DNA of 47,757 nt, from positions 1-47,757 of the IMG/VR virus record IMGVR_UViG_3300038809_000016. One strand, 5' to 3'. A program made the translations under genes and the position numbers. Position 1 is the stretch's first letter. Every line of letters begins with the position of its first letter. Positions 1-8,119 of the stretch are shown here, one piece after another. The notes beneath the pieces were generated by a model. It was not told where the DNA came from. It made no database searches and was given only the letters and a program-made list of their open reading frames with translations. The stretch comes from a virus. Lineage: Duplodnaviria; Caudoviricetes.

Positions 1-51
1 CCCAGGCGCCCCGGCGCCCCGGTGCCCAGGCGCCCAGGCGCCCCGGTGCCC
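1..51. repeat. Tandem 8-bp repeat CCCMGGYG x6
   Basis: cccaggcg ccccggcg ccccggtg cccaggcg cccaggcg ccccggtg ccc read directly. Confidence 0.9.
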
Positions 52-265
52 GCGCTCAACCGGGACATCAGGTCCGCGCGCCGATAGGCCCTAGGCTTCG
101 CAGATTTGGCCGCTGGCGGGCGTTGTCGGAAATCCGCGGGCGATCTACCGGGGCGACGGTTTCGGCCGCTGGCGGGGCGTTTCTGGCGATCCGCTTCCGA
201 TATGGGATTTCCCGTGGCGGGGCCCGTCAATCGCCAGAGACGGGGCGCCAAGGCCCGGAACGCGA

Positions 266-293
266 AAGGCCCCGGCACGGATGCCGGGGCCTT
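266..293 (-). terminator. Intrinsic terminator of the leftward operon
   Basis: 12-bp stem aaggccccggca-cgga-tgccggggcctt just after the last leftward ORF; short T tract on the minus strand. Confidence 0.7.
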
Positions 294-316
294 GATGTCG
301 CCAGTCTGCGGGGCGC

Positions 317-436
317 TTACAGTTCGTGAGGGTCGGCGCGGGAGATGATCCATTCCGTCAACGCGGCGAGGCCTAGGAACGGGAGAGCGAATAGGACGCA
401 AAGGGCGAGGACGGCGAGGGCGATAAGGAGGAGCAT
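317..436 (-). CDS. 39-aa membrane peptide (MLLLIALAVLALCVLFALPFLG...)
   Basis: Hand-translated, below the ORF-track cutoff; starts 3 nt after the upstream stop; hydrophobic. Confidence 0.55.
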   Translation of the reverse strand: MLLLIALAVLALCVLFALPFLGLAALTEWIISRADPHEL

Positions 437-439
437 GGT

Positions 440-751
440 CTAGGCCTTCCGGGTGTAGGTCCAGGCCGCGACGGCGACGGCCGTGAACGGGAGGAGCGCG
501 GGAAAGTTGGCGAGTAGCACAAGGCCCAAGACCGCGCCCGTTGTCGCAAGGAACGCCGCGGCAAGGAGCGCGGCGAGCGAACCGAACGCGCGGCCGATCG
601 TGGCGCGCCGGGCGCGCGTCGCGGCGTCGCGCTCGAAGCGCGCGGCGTAGGCGCCCGGCTGGTACGGCGCCGGGCGCGCGAGGCGGTTAAGGCCCGCGGC
701 GAGGATGTGGCAGGCGAGGTCTCCGGAGACCGTTCGGCGATGGCGCGACAT
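440..751 (-). CDS. Hypothetical membrane protein (2 TM)
   Basis: Hydrophobic C-terminal half; fits the leftward operon. Confidence 0.6.
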   Translation of the reverse strand: MSRHRRTVSGDLACHILAAGLNRLARPAPYQPGAYAARFERDAATRARRATIGRAFGSLAALLAAAFLATTGAVLGLVLLANFPALLPFTAVAVAAWTYTRKA

Positions 752-832
752 GTCAGAGCTTCCCAACGAGGTAGAGGGCGAGGGCGAGAGCGGCGGCGCC
801 CCAAGGCGTCGCTACAAGGGCGAGGGCGAGCC

Positions 833-1222
833 TCACGCGGCCACCTTGAGCGAGGCGAGGGCGGCGCGGGCCGCCTTCGTGGCTTCCGTGACCATGCCCG
901 GGAAGTAGTGGCAGATACAGACGCCGCGGGCCTTGTTGGCGAGCGTGTTGCGGTGTTCCGCGGGCGAGTTGCGATGGTCCGTGAAGAACTCGCGCGGGTC
1001 GGAATACACGGACCCGCAAAGGCTTTCGGTCGCGAGGACAATGCCGGTCGGCTTATGGGTGACGGTCACGTCTGTCGCGAAGGCTTGATACTCGCCGCTC
1101 TCCAGCTTCTCGGCGGTCTCGCCGCTATCGTCAAAGGACAGGTCTAGGTCTTGATCGGGCGAGATGAACGCCTCGACTAGGAAGGTTGCGGTCTCAAAAG
1201 AGAACATGCGTTCACGGGACAT
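833..1222 (-). CDS. Hypothetical early protein
   Basis: GGAG RBS before ATG (MSRERMFSF); globular composition; ends VAA. Confidence 0.75.
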   Translation of the reverse strand: MSRERMFSFETATFLVEAFISPDQDLDLSFDDSGETAEKLESGEYQAFATDVTVTHKPTGIVLATESLCGSVYSDPREFFTDHRNSPAEHRNTLANKARGVCICHYFPGMVTEATKAARAALASLKVAA

Positions 1223-1298
1223 GGCAGGCTCCAGGGTTATGCGTCGAATGTGGCGCCCGGGGCGCCCTCGCTCTCGCGAAGGCGCCAGAGGCGTCACA

Positions 1299-2192
1299 TC
1301 ACGCCGCGGCGGTCTCGCCCTCGATCAAGCCGAGTTGGCGCGCGATGCGCTCCACCTCGCTCCAGGCGATGCGGTGGCAGCCCGCGACAAAATCGCCGCA
1401 CGCCTCGATCCGGTCAACCGTGAAGGCGCCGACGCGGAGGCTGTGACCGTCGCGCACCCACGCTTCGCCCTTGTCGCGGCACGCCTTGACGAAGCGGAAC
1501 ACGCGGACGGCATGGGACAGGGGAACGTCCGCGCCCAACGAGGTCTCCAGGGTCTCGCCCTTGACGCGAAGGAGGGCGGAACCGTCCGGGGCGCGGCCGT
1601 GATAGTAGGCGGTCGGCTCGCCGGACAGCCACGCCTCGCGGAGCTTGGTTTCGCGCTCGAATGTGGCGCGGGCCGCTTCCATGCGCGCCTCGCGGGCCGC
1701 CGCTTCGGCGCGGGCGACACGCTCCAGTTGCTCGGCGACGGCGACGCCTAGGGTCTCCAGGGTGACGGGCGCGCGGTCCAGTCCGAACGTCTCCACCATG
1801 CGCGTCGCGATGCGGCAGTGTTGCACGGCGCGGTCAAGGTGAATGTCGCCGTACTTGCGGGCGCGTTGCGCCTTGCCGACGCTCTCGCGCGCCGACATCA
1901 GTTCACGGTCATAGTCCGCGACGGTCACGCCCGCTTCGGGGCTTTCGACCATGAACACGTCAAGGTGAGAGCAGGCCGAAAGGACTTCCGAACGGTGCTG
2001 CCCCGTGGAAACGGAACGCTTCTCGTTGTTCACGAAAACGACCGTGCGGCCGTCATGCTCCGCGATGCGGGCGAGAAGGAAATGGGTGCCCCAAGAGTAG
2101 ATGCGCGGGCCCTGATAGAACATGTTCGCGCCGTTGCGGTTACGGCCGGTCTGATGCGCGAAGGCGTGAGCGACTTGGGCGTGAGAGGACAT
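1299..2192 (-). CDS. Hypothetical early phage protein
   Basis: 297 aa, GGAG RBS, own promoter at 2240-2268; ends AAA. Confidence 0.8.
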   Translation of the reverse strand: MSSHAQVAHAFAHQTGRNRNGANMFYQGPRIYSWGTHFLLARIAEHDGRTVVFVNNEKRSVSTGQHRSEVLSACSHLDVFMVESPEAGVTVADYDRELMSARESVGKAQRARKYGDIHLDRAVQHCRIATRMVETFGLDRAPVTLETLGVAVAEQLERVARAEAAAREARMEAARATFERETKLREAWLSGEPTAYYHGRAPDGSALLRVKGETLETSLGADVPLSHAVRVFRFVKACRDKGEAWVRDGHSLRVGAFTVDRIEACGDFVAGCHRIAWSEVERIARQLGLIEGETAAA

Positions 2193-2239
2193 GGCGTGGT
2201 CTCCAGAGGTGAGGGGCGCCGCAACGGCGCCGTAAGGGT

Positions 2240-2268
2240 GTTCTAAGCGCGCACTTGAGCGGTGTCAA
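2240..2268 (-). promoter_or_regulatory. sigma70-type promoter TTGACA-N17-TAGAAC
   Basis: Consensus -35 with 17-bp spacing, upstream of 1299..2192. Confidence 0.7.
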
Positions 2269-2636
2269 GCGTGGCGAGCGTGCGCGCGGACAAGATTTCC
2301 GCCGAACGCCGCGGCGGGGCTCTCGAAGTGCGGCACGTCGGCATGGTCGGACGCTTCATCCGCCGGGAAGGCGTCGGCGAGCTTCCAAGCGCCGTTGTGT
2401 TCGCTCCAGCCGGGCGAGCGCGGCGGATCGTAAACGACAGCTTGCGCCGCGCCCTCGCCCGCTTCGTCAACGTGGAGATTGCGCGCGATGTAAGGGCGCC
2501 CCGTCTTAGTGAATTGCGAAATCGTGGCGAGGCGCGCCAAGATGTATTCGGACCCGGCGGGCGCCTCGACAGTGAACGCGGGGAATAGACGCGACAGGCC
2601 GTCATTGCCGTTGCCGTAGGAGATTGCGAAGCGCAT
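2265..2636 (-). CDS. Hypothetical protein
   Basis: AAAGGT RBS, ATG; packed in operon. Confidence 0.65.
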   Translation of the reverse strand: MRFAISYGNGNDGLSRLFPAFTVEAPAGSEYILARLATISQFTKTGRPYIARNLHVDEAGEGAAQAVVYDPPRSPGWSEHNGAWKLADAFPADEASDHADVPHFESPAAAFGGNLVRAHARHA

Positions 2637-2647
2637 GGCGTAACCTT

Positions 2648-2842
2648 TCAGACGAAGCGGCCGTCGCCGCGGGGGAGCTTGACACCCTTCACGATGTCAC
2701 GGGGAAACAGGGCCTTGAAGGCCTCGCGCGCCTCGCGAGGTGTCGCGGCGCAAATGTCGCCTTCGAAGGCGATGCGGCGACGCCCCGCAGGGGGCGCCTC
2801 GCTATGGGTCCAGAGGACGACGAAGCGGCGAAGCGCGGCCAC
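2648..2842 (-). CDS. Small hypothetical protein
   Basis: Tightly packed in the leftward operon. Confidence 0.55.
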   Translation of the reverse strand: MAALRRFVVLWTHSEAPPAGRRRIAFEGDICAATPREAREAFKALFPRDIVKGVKLPRGDGRFV

Positions 2843-2845
2843 GGA

Positions 2846-3127
2846 TCAAGCCTCGCGGACGAAGCGGCCGGACCGGGCGCAACGAAGGCGCCCGTTCGCG
2901 TCGCGGCGCGTGCCGGTGACTGCGGAGACAGGGCCACCGCTGGCAATGATGCGACGGGGCGCGGCGGGGAGCTTCGGCAGGGGCGTGGCGAGGCAAACGA
3001 GGCACGCGGCGATTGCGAGGGCGAGAAGGGCGAGCGCGGCCTTAGCGAGCGGGAAGGCGTCAAGGGCGTCGCCCATGCTGAGCAGAACGGGCGCGGGAGC
3101 GGGGAGGGGGGCGGTGAACATGAACAT
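2846..3127 (-). CDS. Hypothetical single-TM protein
   Basis: ATG downstream of promoter 3162-3190; TM segment ALALLALAIAACLVCL. Confidence 0.55.
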   Translation of the reverse strand: MFMFTAPLPAPAPVLLSMGDALDAFPLAKAALALLALAIAACLVCLATPLPKLPAAPRRIIASGGPVSAVTGTRRDANGRLRCARSGRFVREA

Positions 3128-3161
3128 GGGGGCAGGCCTCAAACCAGGTTTCGACGGGGCT

Positions 3162-3190
3162 GTTATGGCGCCGTTGAGGAGGCCTGTCAA
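3162..3190 (-). promoter_or_regulatory. sigma70-type promoter TTGACA-N17-CATAAC
   Basis: Consensus -35, 17-bp spacer; heads the leftward operon. Confidence 0.7.
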
Positions 3191-3331
3191 GCGCGCACTT
3201 GGATATTCTGTCCGCGATGTTTGAGCGCCAAGGCTATGAGGTATAGCAAGGGCTATATTTGATGCGATTGGCTAAGTAGGTTTGCTGGTGCTAAGGGTCG
3301 GCGAGGTCGGACAGAATTTCCGGGTGCGAGT

Positions 3332-3820
3332 ATGCCTAACCAAACGGGACGCTTTACGCCTCAAGAGGTTGCGTTCATTGAGGCAATGATTGAACGGGGC
3401 GACCCCGTGAAGTGCGCGAGGGAAGCGGGATACTCGCACCCGTCGCAACGGGCCTATGACCTGATGAAGCGGCCGGACGTGGTGGCCGCGATCCATTCGA
3501 CCATTCAGGGCAAGATGCAAACGGAAGGCGCGTCCGTCGCCTTTCGGGTTCTCGTTGAGATTGCGAACGACGAAAAGGCCCCAAAGGCTCCCCGCGTGGC
3601 CGCGGCACGAACTCTCGCCGAAATGTCGGGACTGTCAGCGGGCGCGGGCGCGGGCGCGCTCGACAAGCCGCCGTCAGAGATGTCGCGCGCCGAGTTGATC
3701 GAGGCGCGAGAGCGCGCCCTCGCCGTTCTGGCGAGCCTTGAGGCGCCCCGGATGATCGAGGGGAGCACGATCGAGGCGCCCGAAACGGACACCGCGGCCG
3801 TCTCGGCGCTTTTCGATTGA
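3332..3820 (+). CDS. Terminase small subunit-like protein
   Basis: N-terminal HTH FTPQEVAFIEAM...CAREAGYS typical of TerS, followed by helical oligomerisation region. Confidence 0.65.
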   Translation: MPNQTGRFTPQEVAFIEAMIERGDPVKCAREAGYSHPSQRAYDLMKRPDVVAAIHSTIQGKMQTEGASVAFRVLVEIANDEKAPKAPRVAAARTLAEMSGLSAGAGAGALDKPPSEMSRAELIEARERALAVLASLEAPRMIEGSTIEAPETDTAAVSALFD

Positions 3821-4060
3821 CGCAAAAACCAGGTTCTGGTAGGCCTAAGTCATTGAAAAGACAGGAGGACGCATAGTCCAAGGCAGACTAGAGGGAGACA
3901 CGGCAGGGGGCGAGGCACGGCCCGGCCCGGCTCGAAGGCCGGGGCCGGCCCCTGGGGTACGCCGCGCCCCCACCTTCGTGGACGGCGCCTGACGCTCATA
4001 GGAAGTTGCGCCCCCTGGAAAGTTCTGGACATCCTGTCCGGTCTCGTTTAGACCGATGCG

Positions 4061-4585
4061 ATGAGCACAGAACTTCCCTCCCGAGACGCCCTGATCGAGC
4101 TTTTCGACTATGAGCCCCTGACCGGGCTCTTGAGGTGGCGCGAGCGACCCGGCCGACCCGATTGGAACGCTCAGCACGCCGGAAAGCCGGCAGGCGGTGT
4201 CCCCGACGATGAGGGCTATCTGCGATCGGAGGTGCTGATCGAGGGTCGTCGCTGGCGTCTCCGGCTCCACCGCGTCGCCTTCAAGATCGCGACGGGCCTG
4301 GAGCCGCCCTTGGTCGATCACGAGAACGGCGTCCGGTCGGACAACCGCGAGGCGAACCTGCGGGAGGCCACCGTCCTGACCTCGCGGTGGAACAGCTCCG
4401 GCCGGAAGGGGCGCGACCTGCCGAAAGGGGTCTACCGACAGGGCCACCGCTACGCCGCCAAGGCGACGGTCAACGGCGAGCGGCTCAACTTCGGCACCTT
4501 CGCGACGGTCCACGAGGCCCATTGCGCCTACATGGCCGGGGTTGCTCCGCTGCACGGCGAATTTACCCGTGGAGTTTTCGCTTGA
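4061..4585 (+). CDS. HNH endonuclease with AP2-like C-terminal domain
   Basis: LFDYEPLTGLLRW; HRVAF...VDHENGVRSDNREANLRE; LPKGVY...FGTFATVHEAH. Confidence 0.9.
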   Translation: MSTELPSRDALIELFDYEPLTGLLRWRERPGRPDWNAQHAGKPAGGVPDDEGYLRSEVLIEGRRWRLRLHRVAFKIATGLEPPLVDHENGVRSDNREANLREATVLTSRWNSSGRKGRDLPKGVYRQGHRYAAKATVNGERLNFGTFATVHEAHCAYMAGVAPLHGEFTRGVFA

Positions 4586-4610
4586 CGAGCCGTAACAGCC
4601 CCTCTAAGTC
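4582..4610 (+). promoter_or_regulatory. Promoter TTGACG-N17-TAAGTC
   Basis: -35/-10 with 17-bp spacing ahead of the 4787-8048 cluster. Confidence 0.6.
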
Positions 4611-4764
4611 TCGACACGTCGTCCCGAGCGCAGGACGCCTTGGCCTCCCTATCCCCTCGATCGAGCGGCAGGGGTCCGAAGCGGCGGGACGACACCCGAG
4701 ACCTCGCCGGCCAGAGCGCTTGAAGCAGTCCCGCAGACCTTCCGAACCGGCCGCCGAGGTCTCT
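4609..4764 (+). ncRNA. Putative structured leader or ncRNA (two long stems)
   Basis: gtcgtcccg (4618-26) pairs with cgggacgac (4685-93); gagacctcg (4698-4706) pairs with cgaggtctc (4756-64). Confidence 0.4.
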
Positions 4765-4786
4765 CCCCAGGAGAGAGGCCACCGAC

Positions 4787-4990
4787 ATGCACTCAGACAA
4801 GCCCGAAGACGCCGCTTTCGCCGCCTTGGTCGCAGCGCAATCCGAGCTGGAGAAGCTCCGGCAGCGGACTAATCACCGCGAGGCTGGCCGGGCGTTCGCG
4901 CTCGTGAAGACGAAGCTGGATGAAGCCCGGTTGTGGCTGGACGAAGCGGTCGCCGAAGCGGGTGACACGCTGTCCGCGGAGCAGAACTGA
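4787..4990 (+). CDS. Acb2/Tad1-like helical-hairpin protein (putative nucleotide sponge)
   Basis: 67 aa; GRAFALVKTKLDEARLWL resembles the R-x-x-[SA]-L-x-x-T-K-L-[ED]-E-A-x-x-W hairpin motif. Confidence 0.55.
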   Translation: MHSDKPEDAAFAALVAAQSELEKLRQRTNHREAGRAFALVKTKLDEARLWLDEAVAEAGDTLSAEQN

Positions 4991-5337
4991 TGCGCGCGGC
5001 GACGATCGAGCGGCTGTTCGTGCTCCAGGGCGCAGCGCAGCGGCGGGCGACCTTCGGGGCGGACAGAGAGCTGGCTCAGATCGTCGCCGACGTGATCTCG
5101 ACGCTGGTGGCAGAGGCCACCGTAGCGTCCCGGGAACCGCCAGGAGCCTATCCGTGGATAGGGCTGGCGGTCGGGGACGAGTTCGTTCTCCCGGGAGCGG
5201 TCGATCCGGCCGTGAAGCGGCGGGCGCTGACGAACGTGTCGTCCGCAGGTATAGCGTGGGCGAAAAGGAACGCTCCGGGGCGCAAATTCAGCGTCCGGAC
5301 GTGCGAAGACGGCATTCGCGTGCGCCGTGTGGCGTGA
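4990..5337 (+). CDS. Hypothetical protein
   Basis: TGATG coupling to the upstream gene; YPW..LAVGDEF and KFSVRTCEDGIRVRRV. Confidence 0.7.
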   Translation: MRAATIERLFVLQGAAQRRATFGADRELAQIVADVISTLVAEATVASREPPGAYPWIGLAVGDEFVLPGAVDPAVKRRALTNVSSAGIAWAKRNAPGRKFSVRTCEDGIRVRRVA

Positions 5338-5356
5338 AACAGTAGAGGAGAGCGAC

Positions 5357-6352
5357 ATGAAGCCTGCCAAGACCCCGAAAAACGACCTCGAATACCTTCA
5401 CCCGTTCTTCCTGATCGGCCGTCCGGGCGAAAAGCCTTGCCGCGAGCTGCGCGGGATCAGTGCGATCCGGTTCCGCGGCGAGCAGATCACCGTTCCGGCG
5501 CTCCCGCGGCCGTCGCACGCGGTGGCGAGCGTCCAGCAGCGTACTTTCTTCGTCCGGCGCGAGTTCTACGGCGAGTTCGAAGGGCTTTGGATCGAGGTGC
5601 CGGCCGAACACCCGCTCTGGGACCGCGCGGACCCGATGTCCGGGGCGTTTTGGGACTTCGGGGTGGACGCCGAGCTGGTAGAGCGGGGTTCGCCGGCCAG
5701 GACGGAGCGTCCGAAGCTCCCTCGGCGCTCGCCGGCCACGGTCCACCCGATGTGCGGCCTGCATACGTGCTTCGAGGACGACGAGTGCGCCTTTCCGATG
5801 GGGTGCGTGGGCGAGCACCTCGACCGGACGGCCGCTTTCAAGGCCGGCGAGCCCGATCCGATGGCCTCCCCGGGCAAGTCGGACGCCTCGATCGCCCTGG
5901 CGAAGGTCGCCTCCGGCGAAAACGAGGACATGCGGGACCGGATCGCGGCTGCGAACCTCCTTCTGGCCGGCCAGACGCCCGGCTACGGCGTCTGCGCGAC
6001 CCGGAACGCCTTCGAGAGCGCGCTGGCGTTCCCCGATCGGCCCGTCAGGCCGGAGCGGCCGGCCAAGTTCTGCGCCGGACAGGCCGTCCCGATCCGTCCG
6101 GACGACATGCTCGATCCGATGGACCCCGACGAGTACAACTGGCGGGCCGAAGGGCGCGATCAGGGCTGGACGGCGCCGGATCGCCGGCCCTGGTGGAAGC
6201 GGCTGCCGATCATCCGCCACGCGGCGGCTCTCCGTTTCTCCTGGCAGGTCCACAACTACGCCGGAGGCTGGGCCGCGGTCGGGATCGGGGTCGGCGGCCC
6301 GCATCCGCAAGATCTCTGGGTCGTGGAGGGCTACTGGCATGGCTACATCTGA
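5357..6352 (+). CDS. Hypothetical protein
   Basis: GAGGAG RBS; 331 aa; patchwork, Trp-rich. Confidence 0.7.
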   Translation: MKPAKTPKNDLEYLHPFFLIGRPGEKPCRELRGISAIRFRGEQITVPALPRPSHAVASVQQRTFFVRREFYGEFEGLWIEVPAEHPLWDRADPMSGAFWDFGVDAELVERGSPARTERPKLPRRSPATVHPMCGLHTCFEDDECAFPMGCVGEHLDRTAAFKAGEPDPMASPGKSDASIALAKVASGENEDMRDRIAAANLLLAGQTPGYGVCATRNAFESALAFPDRPVRPERPAKFCAGQAVPIRPDDMLDPMDPDEYNWRAEGRDQGWTAPDRRPWWKRLPIIRHAAALRFSWQVHNYAGGWAAVGIGVGGPHPQDLWVVEGYWHGYI

Positions 6353-6527
6353 TCCGCAGGCGAAGTGTCTGCCCGGTCTGGACGAGCGCGGCATGGTGCT
6401 GGCGCTCGTATCGCTCAAGGCGCAGGAAGGTGTCGGCGTCGGCGACCTGATCGACCTCCTGATCCGATATTTCGAGATCAAGGGGCGCGAGCGGCCGTAC
6501 CACTTCCCGCCTGTAGCCGGAGACTGA
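6339..6527 (+). CDS. Small hypothetical protein
   Basis: GGAGG RBS; overlaps the upstream stop. Confidence 0.6.
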   Translation: MATSDPQAKCLPGLDERGMVLALVSLKAQEGVGVGDLIDLLIRYFEIKGRERPYHFPPVAGD

Positions 6528-6528
6528 C

Positions 6529-6786
6529 GTGGCGGACCCGAAATACACGCATCTCGACCCGGTGCGGGAGGACTTCTTGGACTTCCCGACCGCTTGGGAG
6601 ATCCAAGACCGGGCGCTCGACCGCGGCCCGGCGCTGGAGCATCACCCCCGATGCTCCAGCGTCCCCGGCTGGCACAAGCTGAGCGGCCGGGGCCTCCTCT
6701 GCGACTGCCAAGCGGTCCCCGACGAGTGGCGGCGCCTCGTGAAGGTGCAACAAGCCGCTCGGGCTGCTAAGGAAAGCTGCGGTTGA
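6529..6786 (+). CDS. Hypothetical protein (H/C-rich, possible Zn binding)
   Basis: GGAG RBS; HHPRCS...LLCDC. Confidence 0.65.
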   Translation: MADPKYTHLDPVREDFLDFPTAWEIQDRALDRGPALEHHPRCSSVPGWHKLSGRGLLCDCQAVPDEWRRLVKVQQAARAAKESCG

Positions 6787-6812
6787 CTGCCGCAGCGGCA
6801 CAGGAGACTATC

Positions 6813-7238
6813 ATGCGGTTCCCGAATACGGCGGCGCTCCTCGAACAAGAGGGGCTCGACGTGCTAAAGGCACTCATCGCCGAACCGGCGGTGAAGGCAA
6901 CGATCGAAGCGATCCTCAAGGAGCTTTACATGGCAAGCGTGAAAGAACTGACCGACGCGCTCAACAGCGCCAAGGCCTCGGTGGACACCCTCGTCGGCAA
7001 GGTCGGCCAGACCGGCGGCGGGATCGACCCGTCCGACCTCGATCCGGTCCTCAAGGAGATCACCGACCTCCGCTCGACCGTCGAGGCGATGTCCGCCTCG
7101 CTCCCGGGCAAGCAGGAGGCCACCGACCAGGGCGCTTCCGGCTCGACCGCCGGGACGGCCGCCCAGCTCGGCGGCGTCGGCGCCGCGGGCGCCGAGGTCG
7201 GCCAGGGCCAGACGGCCACGGGCGTCTCGGGCGTCTAA
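6813..7238 (+). CDS. Hypothetical coiled-coil protein with second in-frame start at 6930
   Basis: AGGAG RBS at both ATG 6813 and ATG 6930. Confidence 0.7.
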   Translation: MRFPNTAALLEQEGLDVLKALIAEPAVKATIEAILKELYMASVKELTDALNSAKASVDTLVGKVGQTGGGIDPSDLDPVLKEITDLRSTVEAMSASLPGKQEATDQGASGSTAGTAAQLGGVGAAGAEVGQGQTATGVSGV

Positions 7239-7245
7239 GACTACC

Positions 7246-7277
7246 GGACGCCCCGTCAATCCTGGCGGGGCGTTCTC
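7246..7277 (+). terminator. Stem-loop, possible terminator
   Basis: ggacgccccgtca...tggcggggcgttc after the stop; weak U tail. Confidence 0.4.
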
Positions 7278-7305
7278 CCACTCAGAGCAGTATCGGGAGA
7301 GCACA

Positions 7306-7713
7306 ATGCCCTACGGCAATGACCAGAGCGCGCGTCGCGGCCAACATTCGATCGAGCTGATCGCGCGGACCTGCCACGAGACCAATCGAGCCATTTGCGA
7401 GGCTTTCGGCGACTTCTCGCAAGTCTGCTGGGACCACGCGAAGGACTGGCAGCGCCAGTCCGCAATAGCCGGAGTGCTCTACGCGCTGGAGCATCCCGAC
7501 GCGACGCCCGAGGACCAGCATGAAGCCTGGGCGAAGCAGAAGCGCGAGGCCGGGTGGGTCTACGGCACCGTCAAGGACGAGGGCCAGAAGACGCACCCCT
7601 GTCTCGTCCCCTACGCGCAGCTCCCGCCGAACCAGCGGGTCAAGGACGGCGTGTTCAAAGCCATCGTGAACACGCTGACGATGAAGCGGGTGCCGATGGA
7701 GCCCATAGGCTAG
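7306..7713 (+). CDS. RyR (ryanodine receptor repeat) domain protein
   Basis: HEAWAKQKREAGWVYGTVKDEGQKTHPCLVPYAQLP..QRVKD matches the RyR repeat signature. Confidence 0.85.
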   Translation: MPYGNDQSARRGQHSIELIARTCHETNRAICEAFGDFSQVCWDHAKDWQRQSAIAGVLYALEHPDATPEDQHEAWAKQKREAGWVYGTVKDEGQKTHPCLVPYAQLPPNQRVKDGVFKAIVNTLTMKRVPMEPIG

Positions 7714-7721
7714 AGGAAGTC

Positions 7722-8048
7722 ATGCAGAACGACGAACAGACGATCGAGGCGCTGATCCAGTCCAAGAACCTGACGGCGCCTAGACTGACGCCGGACGATA
7801 TCGACGCGCAGATCGTGGACGAGCAATACCACCAGTGGCCCGGAACGACCTTCACGACCTGTCTGCTGACGCTCAAGAACGGCTACAACGTCTCGGGCGA
7901 GAGCGCCGCGGTCTCTCCGGAGAACTTCGACGCCGAGATCGGCCAGAAGGTCGCCCGCCGGAACGCCCGGGAGAAGATCTGGAGCCTCCAGGGCTATCTC
8001 CTCAAGGAGTGCATCTGCCGGGAGAACGCCGCCAAGGCGCAGGGTTGA
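7722..8048 (+). CDS. N4 Gp49/Sf6 Gp66 family protein (Acb4-like putative sponge)
   Basis: APRLTPDDID; TTCLLTLKNGYNVSGESAAVSPENFDAEIG..ARRNA..KIWSLQGYLL. Confidence 0.85.
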   Translation: MQNDEQTIEALIQSKNLTAPRLTPDDIDAQIVDEQYHQWPGTTFTTCLLTLKNGYNVSGESAAVSPENFDAEIGQKVARRNAREKIWSLQGYLLKECICRENAAKAQG

Positions 8049-8119
8049 CGCCGCACGAGGGGGCAAGTACAGACCTGAAAGGGTCTTGGCAGGCCCCCTC
8101 GTCACTGCTCAGGTGAAAG

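Noticed and set aside
2651-2870. 13-bp repeat gacgaagcggccg encoding GRFV in two neighbouring ORFs
   Set aside because: Short and GC-rich; cannot be distinguished from chance.
4611-4700. tRNA or SRP RNA
   Set aside because: No T-loop, anticodon arm or proper SRP motif; kept as unknown structured RNA.
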